A DNA stretch of 64,000 nt, taken from positions 160,001 through 224,000 of the forward strand of contig CAWHDP010000001.1 of assembly GCA_963828125.1 (NCBI GenBank), read 5' to 3'. The notes beneath the pieces were generated by a model. The model worked only from the letters and a program-made list of their open reading frames with translations, ran no database searches and had not been told where the DNA came from. The stretch comes from an uncultured Chlamydiae bacterium (GTDB taxonomy: Bacteria; Chlamydiota; Chlamydiia; Chlamydiales; SM23-39). This document shows positions 33,966-44,497 of the stretch, in pieces. How positions within the stretch are numbered: the stretch's first letter is position 1; each line of letters starts with the position of its first letter. The position numbers and the translations under genes were made by a program.

Positions 33966-35246
33966 TTACCTCGGTTCAATAGAGACAATCTCTTCTTCTA
34001 AATACCTATGGAGAGCTTTTGGCACAAGGACAGAACCGTCTTCCCGCTGATTATTTTCGAGTAGCGCAACCATGAGCCTCGATGTCGCAAGGCCCGAACC
34101 ATTCAACGTATGAACCAGCTGAGGCTTCTCATTTTTGCGTCGGTAGCGAATCTGAGATCTACGCGATTGAAAATCGGTGCAGTTTGAGACGGAAGAGACC
34201 TCATAGTATCTATTTTGGCCCGGCAACCACACCTCAATATCGATCGTCTTTGCGGCGGCAAAAGACATATCGCCCGTCGTTAAAAGCATATTTCGGTAGT
34301 GAACGCCCAACCCTTGTAGAATTTCCTCTGCGCTTGCAAGCATCTGCTCAAACATCTGCGAGCTCTCTTCGGGCGTGGTGAGGCAGAACATCTCCACTTT
34401 GTTGAATTGGTGCATCCGGATCAGGCCCCGCTCTTGCGAACCTGCCGCCCCAGCCTCCCTTCGAAAACAGGGGGTGTAGGCCGTATATTTGAGGGGGAGA
34501 TTTTCTTCATCGAGGATCTCATCGAAATGCATTCCGTTGATCGAGACTTCAGAGGTCGGAATCAAATACAAGTTGTAATCGGCGTCCTTGATCTTGAAGA
34601 GCTGCTGCTCGAATTTCGGCAATTGGCCTGAACCATACATGATCTCGGGGCGGACGAGAAGGGGAGGGATCACTTGAGTAAATCCATTCTTCCGATGCGT
34701 ATCGAGCATATAGTTCAATAGAGCCCATTCGAGCCTGGCCCCCATTCCGACATAGAGAGGCCAACCGGAACCCGATGTTTTGGCTCCGCGGGAAAAATCA
34801 AATAGTTTTAGCTTTTCGTTCAATTCCACATGGTTTTTAAACGGAAAAGCAAATTCTCTTTGAACCCCCCAACTTTTAATGCAGACATTGTCCTTAGGAC
34901 TGGGCGAAACGGGCACATCGTCCATGGGAATATTCGGCAAAACAGCAACCGCATGGTTTAAATCTTCTTCGACTTTAGCAATTTCCGCATCGCGCACGGA
35001 GATTTGTTCTCCCAGGCCGGTCATCTCCTCCATGAATTTGGAGATATCCTCGCCCTTCTGCTTGCGCATCCCAATCTCTTTAGAGGCCTGATTTTTTTTT
35101 GATTTAAATTCCTCCGTCTCTGTCTTGAGGGCGCGGAGCCTCTCGTCGAGGGCCATAATAGGAGCCAGCGAGATCTCGGGCACTTTATTTTTGAGCTTTG
35201 CCTCCAGGCCGCGGGGGTCTTTTCGAAGTTCTTTTAAATCGAGCAT
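33966..35246 (-). CDS. serS: Serine--tRNA ligase
   Basis: LIPTSEV, CFRREAG, GLIRMHQFNKVE, EVSSVSNCTDFQSRR, HTLNGSGLA. Confidence 0.98.
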   Translation of the reverse strand: MLDLKELRKDPRGLEAKLKNKVPEISLAPIMALDERLRALKTETEEFKSKKNQASKEIGMRKQKGEDISKFMEEMTGLGEQISVRDAEIAKVEEDLNHAVAVLPNIPMDDVPVSPSPKDNVCIKSWGVQREFAFPFKNHVELNEKLKLFDFSRGAKTSGSGWPLYVGMGARLEWALLNYMLDTHRKNGFTQVIPPLLVRPEIMYGSGQLPKFEQQLFKIKDADYNLYLIPTSEVSINGMHFDEILDEENLPLKYTAYTPCFRREAGAAGSQERGLIRMHQFNKVEMFCLTTPEESSQMFEQMLASAEEILQGLGVHYRNMLLTTGDMSFAAAKTIDIEVWLPGQNRYYEVSSVSNCTDFQSRRSQIRYRRKNEKPQLVHTLNGSGLATSRLMVALLENNQREDGSVLVPKALHRYLEEEIVSIEPR

Positions 35247-35501
35247 ATCAACACCTCAATAGACATAAAAATATAAATCGTTCTGTGGCTTTTAGTACAG
35301 GATTTTTTGAGGTAAAAATATTTATTGACAAAAAGACATCGATTTGGCACAAGTCCTCCTTTTCTTGTCACCAGTATCAATGTGGTTTGTTTGGATCGTC
35401 CTTATGGGGCCCTGCTTCCTAACGATGTCAAGAGCATCGGTATAGCTTTCTTCATGAATCGTAAAATGTTTGCCAACATAGGTTCAAGAACGGCTAACAA
35501 T

Positions 35502-37514
35502 TTAGTATATTTCATAACATCCAATGGCTTCCGTTTTTATTATCTCTGAAACCGCGTCCTGATAATCACCTTGAATAAAATAGTGTCCACCCAGAAAAGG
35601 CTGAGTGTCATTCTGAGGAATCGGTAGAATCCTAGCGCCTCTTTTCTTGGCAGACTGAATCCCAGCATCCCCCCCATTACAAATCTTGGAGGGCCAATCT
35701 TTATCTCCGATTATATTTACCACCTTACAGGCTAAATGATTTTCAATAATGGCCGTGGTTCCTGTGGTTATGACAACGATGGTATCCCGGCATTCGGGAG
35801 AGAGTTGCTTCAGAGCCTCCTTAAACACGTACCCTCCGTTGCTAAACGTAACATGCAACTGCTTCAGACGGGGATTTCCCGTTTTGATGATATTTTCAGC
35901 TATTTGAGAAAGGGGTGCAACCTCATAATCGATCGACGTCTGTATTTTGGTGTCATGCAAAAGAGCCCCAGGCAACTCAAGGCCCTGAAGGAACTCACTA
36001 TCAATGCCAGAAGTCAATATCGGCTCAAAGGAAGAAGCCAGCTTGCCCAACCCTACCACAGCCAGCCCTTTCACCAGGCTGCTGGAGTGGATCTGATGGG
36101 GTTGAACAGCGAACTGTTTATCTAAACTCTCGTTTAATCTGAGGCCCCCTTCAACTACCGAGCCAAACGTATTGTTGATTCCGCAATGGAAATGTACCGT
36201 ACGCTGGTCAGCATACCCAAGTAGGGGAATTTCACGGAAAGGCGCCGCTGGTTTTTGAGTAGCCAGAGTAGAGGCATAATTATTTCGTAGAGTCCGTCCT
36301 TCCTCAGGCTTGAACAATCTCTCGATTGTGGCCCTAGCTATTTTGTAATCGGGTTCATAAATCTGTTCCTGCAGAACCTGGCTCATGTATTCTGCAAACG
36401 ACTTGTTGTAAAGAGAGGGCAGTTCTCTCTCGGCGAGTTGTTCTTTGTAGTCTGGCGCATGAACAGTTTCCAGGCATTTTTCTATATGCTGAACGAATTC
36501 CTCACCATAATTCGGCCTTCTTCTCGTCAGTAAATCGTCGATGTAGTTGGGCTGACGCGCCTCATTGATTTGAGTAACAAGCATCTCCACAAGTTGCTGA
36601 TTAGCAGATTTTGTAACAGAATCGCTTGGTTCTGCATTCTGAGGCGCTGAATGTGGATCTCGGAGACCAAACTCTGAGTAAGCACGTGCAAAATATTCCT
36701 GACCATATACAGATTCAGGGTTCACTCTGCCAGAAAATTGAAAAGGGGGCGCTTCAGGAACCACCGTCGGTTGTAGCAATGACTCACCAGCCGTTAACGG
36801 CGCAATTGGATCACGAGTTGGAATAGCTGAGTGAATGTTCGTAAGAATCTCTGATTGCGACAAGATAGGAGACGATTCTCCATTTAGGGCCACGCTCTGA
36901 GGAGGTACTTGAGGCTTGAGGACGGTAGAAGTCGGAGGCTGAGCCTTTTTATCACCTTTGTCCGCAAAAGACTGAATCAACGCAATGCTACCAGCGGCAG
37001 CCGCTTCCGTCCCTGTTCCACCAGTGGCAATAGTGACCGCCACTACGACAGTTGTCGCAGCTAAAATCGCGGTTCCAATGATGATTTCAGTTTTGTACTC
37101 TTCCCAAACTTCCTTAACAGCCTCACAAGTTTTTTCGGCTATCTCACAGGTTTCATGCCAAGCATTGGACGCGACTTTTTTAGTTTTTTTCCAGCCTTTG
37201 GATACCGCTTTTCCGAAACTTACCTCCTCGATTTCCCAACCATCTGAAGTTCGAATCAGATGGGCAAAGGATTTCTTAACGAGGGGGCGTTGTTCAGGCC
37301 GGCTCCCAATCCAAGCCAATTTAAACGCGAGGAGATCGCTCTTCGAATCGCCAACCGCAAGCATTTCCATGATTCGGCGGACTACGGCCGATTCCATTTC
37401 CGGAATATCGCTCCATAACAAGTCGCGCCCATTCCACTTTCTCGTCTCATTCTCATAATCATCCTGGCCATAAGAAGATTCCCCAACTGGCTCGAGTGAC
37501 AATTCGATACTCAT
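35502..37514 (-). CDS. Hypothetical protein with a hydrophobic segment and a C-terminal alpha/beta-hydrolase-like (DUF687-like) domain
   Basis: TM-like IIIGTAILAATTVVVAVTIATGG; C-terminal CGINNT...VTFSNGG...DWPS...GGHYF. Confidence 0.6.
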   Translation of the reverse strand: MSIELSLEPVGESSYGQDDYENETRKWNGRDLLWSDIPEMESAVVRRIMEMLAVGDSKSDLLAFKLAWIGSRPEQRPLVKKSFAHLIRTSDGWEIEEVSFGKAVSKGWKKTKKVASNAWHETCEIAEKTCEAVKEVWEEYKTEIIIGTAILAATTVVVAVTIATGGTGTEAAAAGSIALIQSFADKGDKKAQPPTSTVLKPQVPPQSVALNGESSPILSQSEILTNIHSAIPTRDPIAPLTAGESLLQPTVVPEAPPFQFSGRVNPESVYGQEYFARAYSEFGLRDPHSAPQNAEPSDSVTKSANQQLVEMLVTQINEARQPNYIDDLLTRRRPNYGEEFVQHIEKCLETVHAPDYKEQLAERELPSLYNKSFAEYMSQVLQEQIYEPDYKIARATIERLFKPEEGRTLRNNYASTLATQKPAAPFREIPLLGYADQRTVHFHCGINNTFGSVVEGGLRLNESLDKQFAVQPHQIHSSSLVKGLAVVGLGKLASSFEPILTSGIDSEFLQGLELPGALLHDTKIQTSIDYEVAPLSQIAENIIKTGNPRLKQLHVTFSNGGYVFKEALKQLSPECRDTIVVITTGTTAIIENHLACKVVNIIGDKDWPSKICNGGDAGIQSAKKRGARILPIPQNDTQPFLGGHYFIQGDYQDAVSEIIKTEAIGCYEIY

Positions 37515-37584
37515 ATCAACCCCCAAATTTTTGAGCGCCGAGTGTAAGTATTTTTTTTATTTATATAAAGATTTTTTTACAGTA

Positions 37585-37637
37585 CTGGACATTGGCCGTT
37601 TCTCAGCGCTTGGCGCCTCGGATATTTGCCCCGCAGC
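37585..37637. repeat. Diverged partial copy of the GACATTGGCC palindromic element
   Basis: 39/50 ungapped identity with 48715-48764 (hand alignment). Confidence 0.6.
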
Positions 37638-37783
37638 GAAGGAGCTTTCGCGCGCCCCAAATGCTTTACTTTATTGTTGGATAGCCCCTCAGGGCCTGCC
37701 TGTGCTTCTCTCGCCCGGATTCCAAAAAGAGCGCTCTACGTAAAGGTATGATTCGCAATTAATTCTTCACTTGTGGTACGCTC

Positions 37784-38929
37784 ATGACCATGAAGTCAAG
37801 TTACCCTCAACCCAAAAATCCTCTCGTACTCCGCTATCATCGTTTGATGGACGCATTTGCCAAGTCGGATGATGAGCGCGATTTTTACCTCGATAAGGTC
37901 GAAGGATTCCTCCTCTACGTGGATCTCGATAAAGGGATCGAAGAGCTCGAGGCTTTAGAAAAAGAGATCGCTGAACATCCCGATCGTTTTGCCCTCCTCC
38001 CCAAAATGACTTTTTATGAGGTAAAAAAATTCATGGAGGGGTTTGTCCATGAAAAAGTCTACGATATTGATACGAAGGAGAAACTTCTCGATCTGATCGG
38101 CGCTAAGGAAGCCCGCGAAAATTTCCTCGAATTCATCTATGACCACCTCTCCGAACTGGAAAAATGGCAGCTCTATTACCAAGAGCGCTCCAGAATCCGG
38201 ATCATCGAATGGCTCCGGCAATATAATATCCAATTCGTTTTTGAAGAAGATCTTGAGCTGACCAAAAACGTGGTAGAAAAGCTAAAACGGGCCCTTTTCG
38301 ATTCGAAGGTGCCGAAGGATGTCGCTCAAGCCCGCGAGGTTCTCTCTGCCAAGGCTAAAACCTACTACTCCAACGAGGCGCTCAATCCCCGTCCCAAAAG
38401 GGGCCGTCCTCCCAAACAGGTGGCGAAAGTTGAACTCGAACCGCAAATGACGGTCGATATTTATACTCAGGTTCCTGCCGCTTGCCGCCTGTTCCTCTAT
38501 ATCCCTGATATCGCTTCTGCTGCATCTGTCACATTCTCGTCGAAATTCGAGACCGAAGAACACCTTCTGGCCTCTCTTCGCGGCAGCCCAAGATACAAAG
38601 TGGATGAAAAACTCCAAGCTCTCTCGGAAAGGCTCGAGTCTCTCCGCCATCTGAGCAATCGGCTCGCCGGAGCTGAAAAAATGTTTGGCGAGGATGGGGG
38701 TAAAAAACCGTTTGTCCCATTCATCAAACCTAAATTTAAAGACAGCAAGTCGGTTGAGCGGATGCAAGAGGAAGAGGCTCCGAAGGTCGAGTCGGCCACT
38801 TTTGGCATATTGCCTAAAAAGAGAGGACGCCCCCGTAAAGATGAGCAGGCTGAGGAGTTTGCCCCTCAAAAACGGCGCCGCTTTGCCATCAAAAAAGTCT
38901 CTCAAATTAAAACGAAGAAAGAAAAATAA
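37784..38929 (+). CDS. UPF0158-family protein with AT-hook-like motifs
   Basis: DAFAKSDDERDFYLD...FVHEKVYDIDTKEKLL...RIRIIEWLR; KRGRPPK and KRGRPRK. Confidence 0.8.
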   Translation: MTMKSSYPQPKNPLVLRYHRLMDAFAKSDDERDFYLDKVEGFLLYVDLDKGIEELEALEKEIAEHPDRFALLPKMTFYEVKKFMEGFVHEKVYDIDTKEKLLDLIGAKEARENFLEFIYDHLSELEKWQLYYQERSRIRIIEWLRQYNIQFVFEEDLELTKNVVEKLKRALFDSKVPKDVAQAREVLSAKAKTYYSNEALNPRPKRGRPPKQVAKVELEPQMTVDIYTQVPAACRLFLYIPDIASAASVTFSSKFETEEHLLASLRGSPRYKVDEKLQALSERLESLRHLSNRLAGAEKMFGEDGGKKPFVPFIKPKFKDSKSVERMQEEEAPKVESATFGILPKKRGRPRKDEQAEEFAPQKRRRFAIKKVSQIKTKKEK

Positions 38930-38953
38930 GGGCGCCTACGGTATAGTACTTGC

Positions 38954-40978
38954 ATGTCTTATTGCAACACAGCGCGTAGTATAGAAAAAATTCACTTGCT
39001 AAAGACCCTCGAGGTGATGCATCTCACCCGTTTTATGGACGATAAAATGTCGAAACTCGTCCGGCAAAATAAGGGGGCTACTTTTCATCTCCCTGTTGCG
39101 GGCCATGAAATGATCGGAGCCCTCAGCGCCCTCTCCCTCATCCCCGGCACTGACTGGGCCTATCCCTACTACCGAGACAGGGCCTTTGCCATCGGCCTCG
39201 GCTGCAGTATCGAGGATCTCCTTGCCTCTTTTTTAGCTCGCGAAATCCCGCACCACTCTGGCGGCCGGATGATGCCGGAACATTTTTCGCAAAAAAATCT
39301 CCGCATCCCATGCCAGTCAAGCGTGGTCGGCTCTCAGTTTCTACAGGCGGTCGGAACAGCCAAATCGGCCCTCTTACGCGGAACGAACGAGGTGGTCTAT
39401 GTCTCTGGCGGCGACGGATCTACTTCTCAGGGCGACTTTCACGAAGCTCTCAATTTTTCCTGCATCCACAATCTCCCTATCCTGTTCGTCATTCAGGACA
39501 ACGGCTGGGCGATCTCGGTTCCTATTGCAGAGCAGACGGCTGGCGGCGCCATCGCCAAGATGGCCCGCGGCTATGAAGGGCTTGCCGTTTTCGAATGCGA
39601 CGGGTGCGATTATCTTGAGACTACGGAGGCGCTCAGCGCCGCTGTACAAAAAGCCCGCTTGGGCAACGGCCCTAGCCTCATTGCCGCACATGTCCCCCGT
39701 ATCGGTCCGCATAGCAGCAGCGACGATCCCAAAAAATACAAAGATGCAGAGTCTCTTGCCGTAGAGAAAAGCCGCGATCCGATCGCCCAATTTGAACGGT
39801 GGCTTTTGACAGATGGACTGCTCACATTGGGAGAGCTTGAGGATCTCCGTCAACTCCACTTTGATCGCATTGAAGCTGCTGCGCTCGCCGCCGATCAAAT
39901 TCCATTTCCGTCCCGTGCCTCGGCGGCTGATAAAGTGTTTGCCCCTTTCGATGCGCCTTTTTGCCAATCTGCTGAAGCCTCTGGCGAGTCGATTGTCCTC
40001 ATGGACGCTCTCAATCACGCCCTTGTGGAAGAGATGGAGCGCGATCCGGGTGTTGTCGTATTCGGCCAGGATGTCGCCCATGGAAAGGGGGGTGTTTTTG
40101 GCATCACCCGCTCGCTCACCGACCGTTTTGGCAAAGACCGTTGCTTCAATACTCCTCTTGCCGAATCGACCATCGTCGGCCTGGCGATCGGACTTTCGCA
40201 GGATGGCTATCACAAACCTGTTGCCGAGATCCAATTCGCCGATTACGCGTGGACTGGAATGAATCAGATCTTCAATGAACTCTCGAGCATTTATTACCGC
40301 TCGAACGGCCTTTGGAATTGCCCTGTCGTTATCCGGATGCCTTATGGCGGCTATATTCAAGGAGGCCCTTATCACTCACAGAGTCCTGAGGCGTATCTCA
40401 GCCATTGCCCCGGTCTCAAAGTTGTGATCCCGAGCAATGCCGCCGACGCTAAACGGCTCCTCAAAACGGCGATCCGCGATCCAAATCCGGTCCTTTTTCT
40501 CGAACATAAGGCCCTCTATCGGCAGCGCCTCTTCTCGGCTCGCCCTGAAACGGGGGCCGATGAATTCCTCCCCTTCGGTCTGGCGAACATTGTCCGCCCT
40601 GGCTCTGACGTCACTATCGTCTCATGGGGAATGACTGTCCTGATGGCGGTCGAATCGGCCGAAGTCCTTTTAAAAGAGGGTATTTCTGTTGAGGTGATCG
40701 ATCTTCGGACTATTGTGCCGCTCGATTTTGCCACCGTCCTCGCCTCGGTCAAGAAGACCGGCAAACTTCTCATTGCTCACGAAGCTGCCCGTAATTGCGG
40801 CTTTGGCGCCGAGCTAGCCGCTCGCGCTGCGGAAGAGGCGTTTCTTTATCTCGACGCCCCTATCCAGAGAGTGGCTGGCAAAGACTGCCCTGTCCCTTAT
40901 TGCAAAGATCTCGAGGAGGAGGTTTTGCCTCAAAAAAAAGAGATCGAGACGGCCCTGCGAAACTTGGCTCTATTCTAG
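38954..40978 (+). CDS. 2-oxoacid (branched-chain-type) dehydrogenase E1, fused alpha/beta subunits
   Basis: GDGSTSQGDFHEALN TPP motif, HSSSDD, FNTPLAE, EIQFADY, GGPYHSQ, EVIDLRT. Confidence 0.93.
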   Translation: MSYCNTARSIEKIHLLKTLEVMHLTRFMDDKMSKLVRQNKGATFHLPVAGHEMIGALSALSLIPGTDWAYPYYRDRAFAIGLGCSIEDLLASFLAREIPHHSGGRMMPEHFSQKNLRIPCQSSVVGSQFLQAVGTAKSALLRGTNEVVYVSGGDGSTSQGDFHEALNFSCIHNLPILFVIQDNGWAISVPIAEQTAGGAIAKMARGYEGLAVFECDGCDYLETTEALSAAVQKARLGNGPSLIAAHVPRIGPHSSSDDPKKYKDAESLAVEKSRDPIAQFERWLLTDGLLTLGELEDLRQLHFDRIEAAALAADQIPFPSRASAADKVFAPFDAPFCQSAEASGESIVLMDALNHALVEEMERDPGVVVFGQDVAHGKGGVFGITRSLTDRFGKDRCFNTPLAESTIVGLAIGLSQDGYHKPVAEIQFADYAWTGMNQIFNELSSIYYRSNGLWNCPVVIRMPYGGYIQGGPYHSQSPEAYLSHCPGLKVVIPSNAADAKRLLKTAIRDPNPVLFLEHKALYRQRLFSARPETGADEFLPFGLANIVRPGSDVTIVSWGMTVLMAVESAEVLLKEGISVEVIDLRTIVPLDFATVLASVKKTGKLLIAHEAARNCGFGAELAARAAEEAFLYLDAPIQRVAGKDCPVPYCKDLEEEVLPQKKEIETALRNLALF

Positions 40979-41752
40979 CCTTGCTAGCCCTTTTGCCCGC
41001 GTCTTTTCGAACATCCATTTAAAAATCGAAAGCGCCGCTGCGAGATACAGAATGTTGAGCCCCATGCTGACCCAAAAGAAATAGGAGGGGAACGTTCCTG
41101 TGGCAATGATCGAGCGCATCCCCTCAAAGATATAAGTAGTTGGAAGACAAAGGGAGATCATTTGCGCCCACTCAGGAAGGACATGAAGCGGATAAAAGAC
41201 CGCGCTGAACGGGGCGAAGAGAAAGGCGATCATCCAGGCGAACATCTCCACTTTGTGGCCATAATAAATGATCAAACTCGACGAGAGGAAGGAGAGGCTC
41301 CAGCCGAAGATGAGGAGTGAGGCGGCAAAGGGGAGGAAGGTCCATCCGACCGTAAAGACGTTGAGCGAAAAAAGGATAAAGACCGCAAGCCCCCCAAAGG
41401 CAATTGTGATCACCAACTTGCAAAGGCACAAAAGGATCATCCCTGCAATCCATTCTGTGATTTTGAGGGGCGTCGAGAAAAGGTTCACGAGGTTCCGGTG
41501 CCAAAATTCCTGCAAGAGGCTGACCGAAATATCGATCGAGCCGCGCCAGGTAATTTGCCAGAAAATGAGGGCCGTCATCAAAATGAGGGGAAGATTATCT
41601 ACATGGCTTTGGCTCTTGATCCAAAAAGAGGTGAGCCCCCAGATCAAAATGTCGACGAGGGGCCAGTAGAAAAGATCAGATAGCTGATGGAGCCCCTTCT
41701 TTGCGACGAAGAAATAGCGGAAAAATACGCCTTTGACGCGGAGCCATTTCAT
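40970..41752 (-). CDS. ABC-2 type transporter permease
   Basis: About six TM helices, FSAVFYPLHVLP...LPTTYIFEGMR; translationally coupled to the ATPase gene. Confidence 0.88.
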   Translation of the reverse strand: MKWLRVKGVFFRYFFVAKKGLHQLSDLFYWPLVDILIWGLTSFWIKSQSHVDNLPLILMTALIFWQITWRGSIDISVSLLQEFWHRNLVNLFSTPLKITEWIAGMILLCLCKLVITIAFGGLAVFILFSLNVFTVGWTFLPFAASLLIFGWSLSFLSSSLIIYYGHKVEMFAWMIAFLFAPFSAVFYPLHVLPEWAQMISLCLPTTYIFEGMRSIIATGTFPSYFFWVSMGLNILYLAAALSIFKWMFEKTRAKGLARLE

Positions 41753-42669
41753 GTTGTTTTCTCCGTAATTTTAAGGAAATAGTCTTCAAGGGACGGCTCT
41801 TTAATTTGAATGCTGGCATAGGAAACGCCCGCTTGCATGACGCTATTCAAGAACGAGGGGATCTCTTTTTCATCCAAAGAGAGGGAAATCACCCGGTGTT
41901 CCACCTGATGGATCACTTTCAGTTTTTCGGCCAAAGCAATCGTCCTCTTCATCCCGTCGACGATCGTGAGTCTGAGTTGATACAGAGAGACGCTCTTCGC
42001 TAGATTTTCTGGGAGATCGTCCGCAATGATGACGCCGTTCTTTAGAAAAATGGTTCGGTCGCATAGTTCGGCGACCTCCTCCATCTTATGAGAGGTGAAG
42101 AGGATCGATAGCCCTGTCCTCTCCCTCTCTTCTAAAAGAAACTTGCACACCTCCAAGGAGACGTCCGGATCAAGAGAGGCGGTCGGCTCATCGAGAAGGA
42201 CGATCTTCGGCCCTGTGAAAAACGCCTTGACGATCATCAGCCGCGTGATCTGCCCAGCGGAGAGCGAGGAAATAGGCGCATATTTTTTGTCGAGAATGCC
42301 GAATCGCTCCAGTAGGGGATCGGCCCGTTTTTCGTAGTCCTCAATCTGGTAATAAAGGCCGAAGCACTTCAAGTTTTCCGCAATGGTCAAGATATAGGGG
42401 AGGCTTGTATAGGTGCTCGCAAATGAGACCCATTGCAGAACCTCAGACCGGCGCTTGCCAAAATCTTGGCCGAAATAAATGATTGAACCCGACGTTGGGG
42501 TCAGAGTGCCGAGGAGCATCTGGATCGTCGTCGTCTTTCCCGATCCATTGGGACCGAGAAGACCGAGAATTTCCCCCTCTTTTAATTCGAAAGAGAGCTC
42601 ATCAACGGCAGTGAACGGTTTTTTCTTGCCGTACACTTTTTTTAGTTTTTTTACACTTAAAGGAACCAC
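41749..42669 (-). CDS. ABC transporter ATP-binding protein
   Basis: GPNGSGKTT, LSAGQ, LLDEPT, TSH. Confidence 0.92.
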   Translation of the reverse strand: MVPLSVKKLKKVYGKKKPFTAVDELSFELKEGEILGLLGPNGSGKTTTIQMLLGTLTPTSGSIIYFGQDFGKRRSEVLQWVSFASTYTSLPYILTIAENLKCFGLYYQIEDYEKRADPLLERFGILDKKYAPISSLSAGQITRLMIVKAFFTGPKIVLLDEPTASLDPDVSLEVCKFLLEERERTGLSILFTSHKMEEVAELCDRTIFLKNGVIIADDLPENLAKSVSLYQLRLTIVDGMKRTIALAEKLKVIHQVEHRVISLSLDEKEIPSFLNSVMQAGVSYASIQIKEPSLEDYFLKITEKTT

Positions 42670-42797
42670 AATCGTCTCAAAATTATCAACCTATTGGAAG
42701 AGGCTGAAGGCGAAAAATAAAGGATTTAGATTTTCATGTTGGACTCTAAAATCTAAACCAGTATAATCGGGCACCGAACTCAAAGTCAACACTTTTT

Positions 42798-43604
42798 ATG
42801 AAATGGACTGATATCGAAAAGGCGTTTTCAAGGGCGATGCTCCTTTCCTTTTCAAGGAAAAAGATGATGCTCACCTTTCCCGTACTCGTTTTGTGCGGCG
42901 TCTTGGCTGTTTTTTGCAGAGCTGTCGCCTATGAAGCTGGCGACTGGATCGCCATGAGCCTTGGCTTTCTTCCCATTCTCCTCTCCTCTGGAGTCTTGCT
43001 AGCGCTGGGGGTTCTCCTCATCCGAATCCATATCCACGAGGTGAAGCATCTGCAGCTCAGTTTTCGAAGGCTGATTACCGGTTCACTCGATTTGATTATG
43101 GGAACCTCATATCTCTCGATTCCGCCGATTCTTGCCTACCTGTTTCTGTGGGTGGCCCTCGGCCTTTTTTATCTTCTCAGGGAAATTCCCGCCGTTGGCG
43201 ATTTTTTTAGCGTTGTGTTCGCCTTTGGTCCGTTTCTCCTTGTTTTTGGTTCACTCCTCCTTTGCCTGTTCAATCTGGGACTCCTCTTTTTTGTCGCTCC
43301 GGCCGCTGCCTTCCAGCCATATAAGAGACTCTCTCTTGCTAAACGGGTGTTGACCCTTTTTCAGGGCCGCATCCTCAGCAGCATCGCCCTTTTTCTCCTC
43401 GCCCTTCTTCCAATTATCTCCGTTTCGGGGCTCCTTGTTTTATCGGCTCTTCTGACGAATTCTGCGCCTGACAAACCCCTTTCGGTGGCCCTCGAATGGT
43501 TTTTTGTTATGATCCCATTCTCGGCAGTCCTAACGCCAGCCATTATCTTTTTTTTTAATTTTGCGGCTGAAAGCTATCAGTTGCTGCAGCCTAGAACTTC
43601 ATGA
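42798..43604 (+). CDS. Hypothetical polytopic membrane protein
   Basis: About six hydrophobic segments; ATGA overlap with the next gene. Confidence 0.75.
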   Translation: MKWTDIEKAFSRAMLLSFSRKKMMLTFPVLVLCGVLAVFCRAVAYEAGDWIAMSLGFLPILLSSGVLLALGVLLIRIHIHEVKHLQLSFRRLITGSLDLIMGTSYLSIPPILAYLFLWVALGLFYLLREIPAVGDFFSVVFAFGPFLLVFGSLLLCLFNLGLLFFVAPAAAFQPYKRLSLAKRVLTLFQGRILSSIALFLLALLPIISVSGLLVLSALLTNSAPDKPLSVALEWFFVMIPFSAVLTPAIIFFFNFAAESYQLLQPRTS

Positions 43605-44473
43605 AAATAGCTATTGTTGGCGCCGGCTATGCGGGAGTGGCTGTTGCTTGGCACTTATTGCGGCAGAATATGGAAGTGACCCTTTTTGATGGAGGGGAGG
43701 GAGCTTCCCACAATTCGACAGGACTGCTCCATTCGGCCCCTGGAAAGGGGGCTCTCCCCACTTGGCGTGCTGAAGAGGGGATTGCGGCGGCAGTGAAACT
43801 TCTCAATGCAGCCAGCATCGAGCGCCCTGTATACGTCAAAAACGGCATTCTCCGGATCGCTGTAAACGATGAGCAGAGAGCCCTTTTTGGGGGAGAGACC
43901 TTGTGGGTGGCTGACGGGATCACTGTCTATTCAAGGCTCTATTTGGCCGGGCTGAAAAAGGCTTGCGGTCAGGCCCATTTTGAAAAGCGATGGATTGACG
44001 ATCTAGGGGAACTTGACGCATTTGATGCGATTGTGCTGACCGTAGGATCTGGGATCTCCCATTTTCTCGACTGGCCGCTTAAAAAAACGGTGGGCCAATG
44101 CCTCATCTGCAGATGGCCTGAACCTCTGGCCTACAGCCTGCTATCGCAGGGCCACATTACCCCCACCGAGAACCCCGAATTTTGTCTGGTCGGATCCACT
44201 TACGAACACACCGAACGGCCCGATCCCAAAAAAGCCCTTGAGCTTCTCGATCGGGCGGCCCTTTTTTATCCTCCTGCCAAAAAATTCAAGATCGTTGAGA
44301 TCTGTTCTGCCGTCCGGATGGCCCCCAAAGTCGGATACCGGCCGATCGCTGCTCGCATTGGTCCTAAAATCTGGACTCTTACCGGCTTAGGATCTAGAGG
44401 ACTCATCTATCACGCTCTGCTTGCGAAGGAGTTGGTAGACGAGATGGCCGATTGTCTGGCTCATAGCGTTTGA
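43601..44473 (+). CDS. FAD-dependent oxidoreductase (DAO family)
   Basis: IAIVGAGYAG, GASHNSTGLL, VGSTYE, TGLGSRGL. Confidence 0.88.
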   Translation: MKIAIVGAGYAGVAVAWHLLRQNMEVTLFDGGEGASHNSTGLLHSAPGKGALPTWRAEEGIAAAVKLLNAASIERPVYVKNGILRIAVNDEQRALFGGETLWVADGITVYSRLYLAGLKKACGQAHFEKRWIDDLGELDAFDAIVLTVGSGISHFLDWPLKKTVGQCLICRWPEPLAYSLLSQGHITPTENPEFCLVGSTYEHTERPDPKKALELLDRAALFYPPAKKFKIVEICSAVRMAPKVGYRPIAARIGPKIWTLTGLGSRGLIYHALLAKELVDEMADCLAHSV

Positions 44474-44497
44474 AGGGATATTGCAGCCCCTCCATTT

